Below are positions 13,068-23,870 of a stretch of DNA of 64,000 nt, one piece after another; position 1 is the stretch's first letter; every line of letters starts with the position of its first letter. Origin of the DNA: Centroscyllium fabricii (lineage: Eukaryota). The stretch is taken from the NCBI GenBank assembly GCA_051313645.2, contig JBNRSN020000011.1:58900001-58964000 (forward strand). The letters run 5' to 3'. The position numbers and the translations under genes are program-made. A model generated the notes under the pieces. That model was not told the origin of the DNA, did not search any database, and worked only from the letters and a program-made list of their open reading frames with translations.

Positions 13068-13648
13068 ATACTCTTTAACTGGCCAACCAGCGCCAATAGT
13101 AGGTAGACATTCTAGAGAGTGAAGCTGAATGTAAATGTGATAACCAAAAATATGAAGAGATGGATATATACAAACTGGATCTGGTGTGGGATTAGAAACC
13201 AAACACTCAGTAACAAAATTAGATTATTTTGTCCAGTTGGACATACCCTGTATATATCTTGTATGTATGTCTTTTAAAGGTGGAGCTAAAACAGTTCCAA
13301 TACTGAGAACAAGAGATTTATTGAAAACCGAAATACACTTTGCCTGACTGTAAGAGAATGTGTTTTTGTGGCGACACGCCCACCAGAACCATCGAATCCG
13401 CCTCGGGAGTGCTGCGAGACGGCCCCGCCCGCTGGGCGGCGTGATGACGTCACCGCGACTTCCGGCGTGATGACGTCGCCAGGTGGACACCCGGCAGTGA
13501 CGTCATCAACCGCGGGACCTTTAAATACCTGGGCTCCAGGTGGTTCAGTCTCTTTTCTCCACCTGGCCCTAGCTGAGTTAACAATAAATGATAACCTTCC
13601 GAATCTTCTGTGTCCAGTGTGGTTCTTCGGCCCTGCATGCCTCTACAG

Positions 13649-13660
13649 TGGTGACCTCGA
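13649..13660 (+). promoter_or_regulatory. Primer-binding site, tRNA-Trp type
   Basis: TGGTGACCTCGA one base after the 5' LTR, complementary to the tRNA-Trp 3' end (TGGTGACCCCGA) with one G:U. Confidence 0.8.
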
Positions 13661-13743
13661 TACTTGGAACGAATTCCAAGGGAACAAAGAAGCAGTCGCT
13701 GCAGGACTGAGGGCCAAGCTGCCTCAGTTGAATCGCAACCACC

Positions 13744-16700
13744 ATGCCAGCAGGGATCGAAACAGCACACCACCACAGACGGGGCCAGCACTTCGGCCAA
13801 ATCCCAAACCTACCTGAGTTCTGGGAACTCCGTCCAGCGACCTGGTTCCTCAACACGGAGAACACCTACCGCATCTATGGCGTGCAGGGGGACGATCGTT
13901 ACAGCCTGCTCTTCGCGGCCCTTTCGCAGCCCACAATCGACCGAATGTGGGGCTCCATCCAGCAAGAACCAACTGCTGGCAGGTATGAAACGCTTAAGGC
14001 CGCGCTGCTCGAAAAATTTACCCCCACCGTATTTGAGCGCGACTGCCAGCTCATCAACCTCCCCGACCTAGGGGACGCAGACCCATCCGACCTTTGGGCC
14101 CAATTTGAAGCGCTTAACTGCGACCCGGCCACCATTAAGCGCGCCTTGTACCTCCTTAAACTGCCCCCCTCCGTCAGACCGGCTCTGACGGTCCTGGAGC
14201 ACTACTCCAACACGCAACTGGCTCAGGAGGCCGACAAGCTGATGAGGGCCGAGCGCACCCGAGCCACCACGCGCCAAACCACTGCCGCTCCACTGGAGCT
14301 GTACTACGCGCACCCCAGGCCCAGGTCCCAACCCAGAGCGGTGCGGACCCACAAAAAACCACGCACTAGGGGCCCAGGCTGGTGCTACTACCACACCAGG
14401 TTTGAAGCCAAAGCGCAGCGCTGCGTCCAGCCCTGCACCTTCAAACCCCAAACTAGCCCAAGCCCCACCATGTCCGCAGGACGCTCCAAAGCACTGCTCT
14501 TCGTCACAGACAGTGGCTCAGGCCTCCGCTTCCTCTGCGACACAGGCGCGCAGCACAGCATTGTGCCAGCCTCCCCCGCGGAAACCAAGCAAGGCACCCA
14601 AGGCCCACCACTCGAAGCCGCAAACGGCTCTGAGATAGTTACGTTCGGCACCCGCCAGCTTACCATCAAGCTAGCAGGCCACACGTACAAGTGGGACTTC
14701 ATCACAGCACAAGTCAAAATACCCCTACTCGGGGCCGACTTTCTGTGCGCCCACGGCCTACTGGTCGACGTTATCCGACGCCGCCTGGTCGACATCCACA
14801 ACATGTCGACCATCTCATTCTCCACAAGGCCGGCACACCAGACCCACGCAGCGTCCCACTGCCGAGCCCGGAACTCCGACACGTACGCCACGCTGCTCGC
14901 GGAGTTCCCAGCCCTAACCAACCCCACCTTCACAGCCCGCACGGCCAAGCATGGGGTGGAGCATCACATCACCACCACAGGCCCCCCAGTCCATGCCCAC
15001 GCACGCAGGCTGGACCCGGCCAAGCTGGAGATCGCGCGCGCCGAGTTCCACATCATGGAACAACTCGGCATAATCCGCCGCTCCAGCAGCCCTGGGCCTC
15101 CCCCCTCCACATTGCCCCCAAACCCGGCGGTGGCTGGCGCCCCTGCGGAGACTACCGCCGCCTCAACAACGCCACCACCCCAGACAGGTACCCCGTCCCC
15201 CACATCCAAGGTTTCTCAGCCAGGCTAGCCGGCTGCACGGTCTTTTCTAAGATCGACCTGGTTCGGGGCTACCACCAGGTACCAGTGCACCCGCCGGACG
15301 TCCCTAAGACAGCCGTCATCACCCCATTTGGCTTGTTCGAATTTTTCCGAATGCCCTTCGGACTCAAAAACGCGGCCCAGGCCTTCCAGCGCCTCATGGA
15401 CTCGGTCCTACGGGACTTGCAGTTCACGTTCGTCTATCTCGACGACATCCTCGTGGCCAGCACCTCCCCCCAGGAACACCTCCTCCATCTCAGGGCCCTT
15501 TTCAACCGTCTGGCCGAGCACGGCCTTATATTAAGCCCCTCCAAGTGTCGATTCGGCCTCGAGACGATCGACTTCCTCGGCCACCACATCTCCCAGACCG
15601 GGGCCATACCCCTGCCCTCCAAGGTGCAGGCGGTCCAGGAATTCCCCCGCCCGCACTCCATCAAGGGGTTGCAGGAATTCCTTGGGATGGTTAATTTCTA
15701 CAACCGCTTCATCCCAGGAGCAGCCGCTCTCATGGCCCCCCTCTACCACGCCACCCGCGGGCAGTCCAACAAGGCTGTGGTCGAGTGGACGGCCGAAGCC
15801 TCCACCGTCTTCACCGCAACCAAAACCGCCCTGGCCAACACCACGCTCCTCAGCCACCCTAGGCCCAACGCCAGAGTAGCCCTCACCACCGACGCCTCCG
15901 ACCGCGCTGTCGGAGCAGTCTTTGAGCAGTGGACAGGCGACTCCTGGCAACCCCTGGCCTTTTTCAGCCGACAACTCCGGCCCCCGGAGGTCAAGTACAG
16001 CGCCTTCGATAGGGAGCTACTCGCTCTCTACCTCGCGGTGCGCCACTTCTGCTTCCTCCTAGAGGGCCGCCACTTTACAGCCTTCGTAGATCACAAGCCA
16101 CTCGTGTCTGCAATGGCTAAGATCTCTGAACCCTGGTCGGCCAGGCAGCAGCGCCAGCTCGCGGCTGTGTCGGAATTCACAACTGACATCCAGCACATCG
16201 CCGGCCGCGACAACGTGGTCGCTGACTGCCTCTCACGCCCCACCATCAACTCCGTTCAAACGGCCGTCGACTACACCAAAATGGCGGCTGACCAACTGAC
16301 CGACCCCGATCTGCTCGACCCAGCTACCAACCTCCCCGGCCTGCTCTTGGCCACCGTAGCACACGGGCCCACAGCCACGGAGGTCCGCTGCGTCGCCTCC
16401 CTCCCGCAGCCCAGACCCGTCGTCCCCCACGCATGGAGGCGACACATCTTCCAGACCCTCCATGACCTGTCCCACCCCGGTGTCCGCGCGTCCACAAAGC
16501 TCATCTCTGCGCGATTCGTTTGGCGCGGCCTGCGCAAGGATGTCCGCGCCTGGACCAACTCCTGCAATGCCTGCCAGCACGCCAAGGTGCACAAGCACAT
16601 CAAGGCACCGCTGGAAACGATCGCCATCCCAGCTAGACGCTTCAGCCATGTCCACATCGACCTGGTCGGACCACTACCACCATCACGGGGACATTCACAC

Positions 16701-17561
16701 ATCTTGACAATGGTCGACCGCAGCACCCGCTGGTCAGAAGCGGTCCCCCTCACCGCTACCACCACCGCGGAACTGGCCAGGGCCTTCATTGCCATCTGGG
16801 TCGCACGTTTTGGCGTCCCCACCGACATCACATCAGACAGGGGCCCCCAATTTACCTCAACCCTATGGACAACCATCGCCCACGACCTCGGGCCAACCCT
16901 GTACCGAACCACCGCCTACCACCCACAGGCCAATGGCCTCTGCGAACGGTTCTACCGCTCCTTCAAAGCTTCCTTGCGGGCCAGCCTCCAAGACGCGACC
17001 TGGACCGACCGCTTGCCCTGGGTAATGCTCGGCCTGCGTTCAGCGGCCAAGGAAGACCTGCACGCCTCAGCAGCTGAACTGGTCTATGGCCAACCCCTAA
17101 CCGTACCGGGTGAGTTCGTGGCAGAAACCAACGAACCCTGGTCAGCCGACCGCTGCCTCAAAGACTTTAACAACCAGGCAGCGGCGTTCAAACCACTTCC
17201 GGTGGCCCGGCACGGAGAGCCGGCAGCACGTGTTCCAGACGGCATCGAAAATGGCAAGTATGTGTTTGTCCGCCACGACGCACATCGAACACCACTACAA
17301 CCACCGTACGACGGACCGTACAGAGTGCTTCTGGCGGGACCTAAAACGTTCCAAATTAAAATGGGCAACAGAGCTGAGACTGTCTCAATTGACCGGCTCA
17401 AACCGGCACTCATAATGGCGGGTGAGACAACAGTCCCCGCGCAGCCACCAAAGCGCGGACGCCCTACCGCACCAAACCCCGCCCACACTCCTACGCAGAA
17501 CAAGGAACAGCGCACGACACGGGCTGGCCGCATCATCAGGCCACCTCAACGCCTCGCCTGA
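13744..17561 (+). pseudogene. Element A gag-pro-RT-RNaseH-integrase polyprotein with one frameshift (~15091)
   Basis: Protease FLCDTGA, RT YLDD, RNase H TDAS...VDHKPL, integrase HHCC and DLVG/SDRG/CER. SSSP|WASPLH is split by a missing C. Confidence 0.92.
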
Positions 17562-17725
17562 GACGACACGTGCGGGCCACATCATCAGGCCGCCTCAACA
17601 TCAGATTTCACAACAAGGAGCAGCGCACGACACGTGCTGGCCGCATCATCAGGCCACCTCAACGCCTCGCCTGAGACGACACGTGCGGGCCACATCATCA
17701 GGCCGCCTCGGCACCCCGCCTGAGA
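17505..17725 (+). repeat. Short tandem duplications of the pol terminus in the 3' UTR of element A
   Basis: CATCATCAGGCC(A/G)CCTC occurs four times; GCAGCGCACGACACG...CTGAGACGACACGTGCGGGCCAC is duplicated. Confidence 0.8.
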
Positions 17726-18388
17726 CTCTATTTTTATGCTCCAATTTTTTATTTTTCTTTATGCTCCCTTCTCCTCTAGGTCCAGCTTCGCTCTCCCTCA
17801 CGGATTCTGGGGGGGAGCTGTGTGGCGACACGCCCACCAGAACCATCGAATCCGCCTCGGGAGTGCTGCGAGACGGCCCCGCCCGCCGGGCGGCGTGATG
17901 ACGTCACCGCGACTTCCGGCGTGATGACGTCGCCAGGTGGACACCCGGCAGTGACGTCACCAACCGCGGGACCTTTAAATACCTGGGCTCCAGGTGGTTC
18001 AGTCTCTTTTCTCCACCTGGCCCTAGCTGAGTTAACAATAAATGATAACCTTCCGAATCTTCTGTGTCCAGTGTGGTTCTTCGGCCCTGCATGCCTCTAC
18101 ACTTTAATGTTTGAGCTCCGTTACTTACAGCCCTCCCTGTGTGATGTGCAGATGACACTGGCATTTCCCATTATTGCTGGGTGTTAAAATAAGCTTGCTG
18201 TTATGTGGGCTAGTTGGCTGTTATGATCGATTGCCCCATTGTTGACAAAGGTGTTAAGGCCATTAAAGTTTTGGTTTTCTGACTTCTTCAAAGACTTCTC
18301 CTAAACTTCCTTCAACCTGGCAGATTTTTCTCTCCCTGAGCAAAGTTTGCTGAGGCCAATTATAGCAAATCAGCTGCTGTTCTGGGTG

Positions 18389-18496
18389 AGCACTCCCTCA
18401 GTACTGCACAGAAGTGTCAGCCTAGATTATGTGCTCCAGTCTCTGGAGTGGGACACGACCCTCTGACTCAGAGTCCTACCACTGAGCCACAGCTGA
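18389..18496 (-). mobile_element. DeuSINE (SacSINE1-like) 5' fragment
   Basis: Reverse complement reads GGCTCAGTGGTAG...TCTGAGTCAGA...CCCACTCCAGAGAC..GAGCACATAATCTAGGCTGACACTTC..TGCAGTACTGAGGGAGTGC; recalled similarity to the shark DeuSINE head. Confidence 0.7.
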
Positions 18497-21362
18497 ACTT
18501 GCACTCATTCCTTCACATTCAATGATAGTTCAGGCTGGTAACTCTAGTTTCTGCATTTTGGCAACCTTTGTAATCAAATATCTTTGATCAGTTGATAAGC
18601 AAAGGTTAGTTACTGTTGAAAATGTGTTTTTAAGTCTCATGTTAATTGAACTGTTAAAGTGCAGGACAAATAGACCCATGGTAATAGAAAGCACATTACA
18701 ACGAGTTAGAACCATTGGTAAGTTTACTGTAATTACCAATTTAAAATATATTCTATAAATTTCTCTTCCTATTTAGGTCGTGCTGTAGCACATACCATTC
18801 CCAATTCGAAGAGGCACTGGACGGCCTGATGCTGGCCTCTTCCACCACTATTCTACAAGGAGCCACTAGGAGGGAGACGAGAGTTCCTGCTCTCCAATTC
18901 TCCCTCCAGCTATGTTGGGAAGGGCCTCGCCGAAACTCACTACTCAAGGTCAATTGTGGTTGCAAACCTGCATCACACCAATACAAAAAATGTTCTTGTT
19001 CACAGAAACTTCACATTGATCAACCTTTCTAAGAACAGCAAACAATACTGGAGATATTACTAGTCAAGAAATCCCAGGCGCAAAGACGAAGTACTAAAAA
19101 CGTGAAACGCACCAGAGTTGTGGTAAAGGAAACACCTCGATTTTTTAGAAAAGTCTCACGCATTAACTTTCTGCTAAGTTCTAGTCATCTTCCTGTAATA
19201 CCATTTACAAAGTGGTTTGAGCTCTGGTTACAGTCTTACCAGGAGATAACTGAACATGGGCAAGATTCAGTCCATCAGCTTCTCTTAATAAGCAAAGACA
19301 TTTTTCAAATGCAGGACTAAAAATTATCCGTTTCAGCCTTTCCTCTTTGTCATTTTTCACTATTTCCAGAGCTAACTGTACCTGTTTTTAATAATTACTA
19401 AACGTTGCATTAATTGCTTTATTTTTGTCTTACAACTTCTATAGGTTGTTCTACACCTGCATCACAGGGATTGAAGAGGATGACCTGGGATCTATTTCTG
19501 GATCTCGGTCAGTTCTACTCTGAACCAGTTTGGAAAAATGAATTTTCCTTTCCTCCTTCTGATCAGTACCTCACATCCACTGCCACAGCCCCCGCCCCCA
19601 CCCCCCTACCTACTCCCACCAAGCCTGGGAACAGAAACTCAGTCTTGGGTAATTATGGTGGCGGGCTCGTGATCTCTAATGTATCAGGGTACTAACATGC
19701 TGAACCATTAGCTCACATGTTTCTTTCAATAAACTGTCGTGAATATTTTGTTATTTGTACATTTTATGTAAGTGACAAAACTGTAAGTATATCATATGAT
19801 TGTCCGATTAAATAAAAGCTGTTGTCAAGTAGTGCATGCAAAGCGATGGCTTGGAAGGTTTTTCTTCCTGGATTAAGCAACAAAGGCGCAACTTTGTCAG
19901 CACTATGCTACTTTAGACTAGGCTAACCGACACATTTATTTCTCTGAATCTGTTTTTTTCTAACATAGTAGCAGCTGCACAACCAATATTCTGTAAATTT
20001 GTAGCAATACATCTCCCAAACATCTAATCTGTAAACATATCTGAGAAATGACTTGTGTACGCAGACACGGTAGAATTCTTTGTTGTGCACAGAACCAGGA
20101 ACCTGTTTATACCTGCTAAGCAGGGGGAAATTGCTTTGCTTGAGTGCTTAGCATATCTGCCAGCCCATTCTTTTTCAGGCGACAGGGCAATGTGGGTACA
20201 AATTATCCTTTGAGAATAGTTTCCCCCCTTGGGCAGATAGTATTTGTGTCTTATCTGATGGGGGATTTTCCTTTCTGTTCTAATTAGACTGCTAGCATGA
20301 ATGAGTTCAAAGAAAAAAAGTATTGACGAGATATTAGTTTGTGAAATTCATTTTCGTCTTGTGAAAAAGTTCAACCAGCATTCAATCATTCTTATCCTAA
20401 TAGATTTTATACTTCAAGATGTTTAGCCCAAATTTAAACAGGAAACAGTTCTGGTTTCAGCATAATTCTATTTACTAGACTATTAGGTAAATCATTTCAG
20501 TAAATCAAAAGATTATTAAAACAAACAGTTAACACAATGATTAAATATTTTAACATTAACATCCTAGAATTCATAATAACAAATAGGTCATTTTCAGCAA
20601 CTGACCCAGAAAATAATTGCTGAGCCCAATTCTTGGGCATCAATTTTAGTGAATAATCTGAATTTACAGCGCACTCCTTCAAAAGCTGATTCCTTCAGAA
20701 GTGCTGTCAGCTCTGGGGCTGTTGGGATTGGTGCTGAAGTGTACTGTGTTTGTGACTGTGCCAGCTGCAGTTTTATAGTCAGTAGCTTTATCTAAAAATA
20801 GTGCAGCATTAAACTCTTCTATCTGTCTGCTATTGTGAAAGGTTGCTGGATGCAGTAACTGGAGAGGTTTCACTATAATCTCTTTGTAACGTGTTTCGAG
20901 GGATTGCCATTGCAATGATTATTTTTCTTTCCCTTCGCAAATACTGTTTATCTCCTTCACATGCAGTAGCAATTCACTGCAGCCAACTTAACCCACAAGA
21001 CAACGCTTTCAGGTTCTTCATCCTTGCCATCACCTTGTGTGACTTCACATACACAGTGCCCTGCATTGTATCTCCCTTGATTCTTTGTCTTATCATTGGC
21101 CTCTGTCGTATTTCCCTCATGCTGCCACATAAACCACATTTGTCAATATTACATATGCCCGTGACTGAGAGTTTCCCCGAGTTCTTATAAAACAGCTTGG
21201 TGAGGGAATTGTTTGTGCCAAGTCTTGCATACAAAATCTGTGTTGACTGCGAGAAGGGCCATTGCTGTCATTGATGGCCACACTGGTGGCCACACATTGC
21301 GTTGACGTTACCTTATTAACTCACGTATAGGCTACACTTTTCAAAGCAAAAAAAAAATCACT

Positions 21363-21541
21363 TTAGGTTGGGAGTGCAATCTGTATGTAAGGTCGCCCCC
21401 CCGGCGTACCCCGTGGAAGAGCTCCAGGGTCGGGTGCAGCTTGTTGCGCGGTGCACTCGAGCCATGAAAAAAGCATTTCACTGTCTAGATTACACCTGTT
21501 GTATTTAGTACATGTGACAAATAAATTGAATTGAATTGAAA
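21363..21541 (+). mobile_element. LINE 3' tail fragment with (TTGAA)n microsatellite end
   Basis: ...CATTTCACTG...ACATGTGACAAATAAATTGAATTGAATTGAA, typical of Rex1-type tails. Confidence 0.55.
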
Positions 21542-21667
21542 GATGTACCAACATACAAATTACAGTTTTCTGTTCTGCAAATTTTGCAATTGCTCCAAAG
21601 GAACACTTATGGTAAAGCAGCTTGAGACGAATGAGTAAGGAAAAACGTGACTGTAATTACTTAGGGT

Positions 21668-21810
21668 TAGCTTGACTCAATGGTAGCACTTGCACATCTG
21701 TGTCAGAAGTCATGGGTTCAAGCCTTATTCCTTAAAAAGTACTTCATTGGCTGTGAAGCACATTGAGACATCCTGAGAACATGAGTGATGCTAAATAAAT
21801 GCAAGTTCTT
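21668..21810 (+). mobile_element. Internally deleted DeuSINE (tRNA head joined to tail)
   Basis: Head TGGTAGCACT..TCAGAAG..GGGTTCAAG directly followed by tail AAAGTACTTCATTGGCTGTGAAGCAC...TAAATGCAAGT. Confidence 0.65.
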
Positions 21811-21929
21811 TTTTTCCCTTTTCTTTCCCATTTGTTCATATCATTGACATGCTCCCATTCACCTAGAGAAAGAAATTGGTAAATATGCATAAGACATTTG
21901 CATTCCAAAGTTGATTCTCCTTTTCACAT

Positions 21930-22520
21930 AAGAACACATGGAACAGGAAAAGGCCATTTGATAATTAAGCCTGCTCCCTCAATAGAGCATGTACTGCTAT
22001 GCACTCCCCTACATGGACTCGACCCCATCTATTGAAGTTCAAAAATATCTGTCCAACCTTCACCTGCTATTGAACCCTGGCTGGTTGCCCTTCGTTGGCA
22101 GCACTCACAAGCTCTTGTGGAGCATGCAATCTCCTGAATTCCTGCTTATATCCATAACCTTCCATCCCACCCTTTAGCAAATATTTATCCATGTTTTCTG
22201 GTAAAGCCCATTGTCACAGCATTAACTACACTTCTGGGGCTCTCTCAATATATTCACTATTATGTGGGCTAAAAATATCCTTCTCCAATGGTAGTTGAGA
22301 CTTGTCAATTTTGAATTTTTGATCTCTCGCTCCCTGCTCATTGTCAAGAACAAATATCCCCCTTCCATTATCCATGCCTTTCAGCACTTTGAAGACCTGG
22401 ATCAAGTCTTCTTTCAATTTTCTTTTCTCTGGCAAAAAAGCAAATTCAGTTGTGTGAATCTCTCCACAATTTGGAGCCCCAAGTCTTGGAATGATCCTTG
22501 TTGATGTTCTCTGAAACCTC
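21930..22520 (-). mobile_element. Degenerate CR1 LINE 3' fragment
   Basis: Minus-strand EKRKLKEDLIQVFKVLKGMD (CR1 ORF2 C-terminal motif) followed by a CR1-type 3' UTR. Confidence 0.75.
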
Positions 22521-23007
22521 TCCAGAGTGGATAAGGTCTACCCTCAACTGGTAAGTGGGCCCAGCACAAGGAGGATCACAAAAGCTTACTGTTATAACAT
22601 GAGTCTATTTAAATATGAGCATTACACCCTCTGCTACCACCACAACTGGACAAAAGGACCATTCTTCATTTGAGCTTAATTCATAAGACTTTTATTGTAA
22701 TTTCCCATATTCTTTATACTGGGCCAACTAACTAATTTGGAACAGGCTGGCTTCATTGCCATTAAGTTCGGATTTTTTTTTTAACCAAAGACGCGTGGAC
22801 TGCATGTTGCTGTGCAAACTTGACTGATTTAAATTGCAGGCAATAAGCATCCAAAGTCCAGCCCAAGGAAATACCGAAGAGCACAATGGAATGCAGGAAA
22901 GTGGCTGCATTATTTCAATGTAATAGAAACTGGAAAACACTTGGGCCTGGAGTTTACACTTTGAGTGCAATCAGGGATCCAGACACAAATTATGGCCAAA
23001 ATTGTAT

Positions 23008-23870
23008 GGGGGAGAAATTCAGTATCGCCCCATTTGGGGCACAATTGTCGGTCTGGTGCAAAGTTTTGTGGCTGGCGCTAATTATCGCCTCCAACTGCAA
23101 ACTTGGTCTCTATCTCCCCTGGATGTGATTGGAATACTAAATCAGGCACTACACACCTCTCTTAAGGTGCTAGGAGCGAGGCGCTATCTCAGAGCGCGGG
23201 CAAAGCTCATGTGATGTCAGTCACACTGGCGCCGGTCAGTTCTTAAAGGGGAGGGTTGATCTTGCACTCCATCCAAATCCTGCTCATTGCAGCCTTGAAT
23301 CTCGGCCTGGAGAGACAGGTACATTCATTCTACTGGAAAGAACAATGGAGAAACCCAGGGAAAGAGCTCAGAATGCAGTCCCCATAGCCTCGTCTAAATC
23401 GATGTAAGGAAGGTCAAATCAATATGATCCTGCAAAGTGCTGCTCAGTACCCAAAACTCCTTCACACAGCATTGAATCTCTCCAGAAGTCTCTCTCTCTC
23501 TCAATGCGTGGTGCAAAAAGGTTGGCGACAAAAAAAGTTAGGAAGCGGTCGACTTTAAATAGCGCTCCCCCAGTCCCTTCCCGACTGAAAAATGTTCCCT
23601 TCAACCTGTCAGTGCTAGCAGCAGGCGGTAAGGCAGGGGGCACCACTCAATATCTGGTCCGGGGCACTACCGGGGCTTTGCATGCTCGACTGATGTCACA
23701 ATCTGTGGGCAGAGGAGATTGTGGCGGTAGTGTTTAGCACTGCCGCAAAATGTCTGCTCAATTTCACGAGCGGCATAAACAGTGCCAGGACGGGTGCTAG
23801 TTGATTTGCGCCCCATTAGCGCCCTCTTAGGACCCTGATGGGATGCGCAAAGCAAACAAATTTTCCCCCC
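23008..23870 (-). mobile_element. Non-autonomous Harbinger-type element (MITE), copy 2
   Basis: TIRs GGGGGAGAAATT / AATTTTCCCCCC; colinear inverse homology to 12101-13067. Confidence 0.8.

Larger units (their letters stand above)
13367..18101 (+). mobile_element. Full-length CsRn1-clade-like Gypsy retrotransposon (element A)
   Basis: 281-bp LTRs 13367-13647 and 17821-18101 differing at 2 sites, PBS, PPT, gag-pol with CHCC-type gag motif (WCYYHTRF...RCVQPC). Probable 4-bp TSD TTTT/CTTT. Confidence 0.96.

Noticed and set aside
15085-15100. Programmed gag-pol ribosomal frameshift
   Set aside because: The shift lies inside conserved RT sequence, with no slippery site.
18827-18829. In-frame TGA (WTA*CWP) as selenocysteine
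   Set aside because: No recognisable selenoprotein family or SECIS, another frame is open across the site, and the exon itself is unverified.
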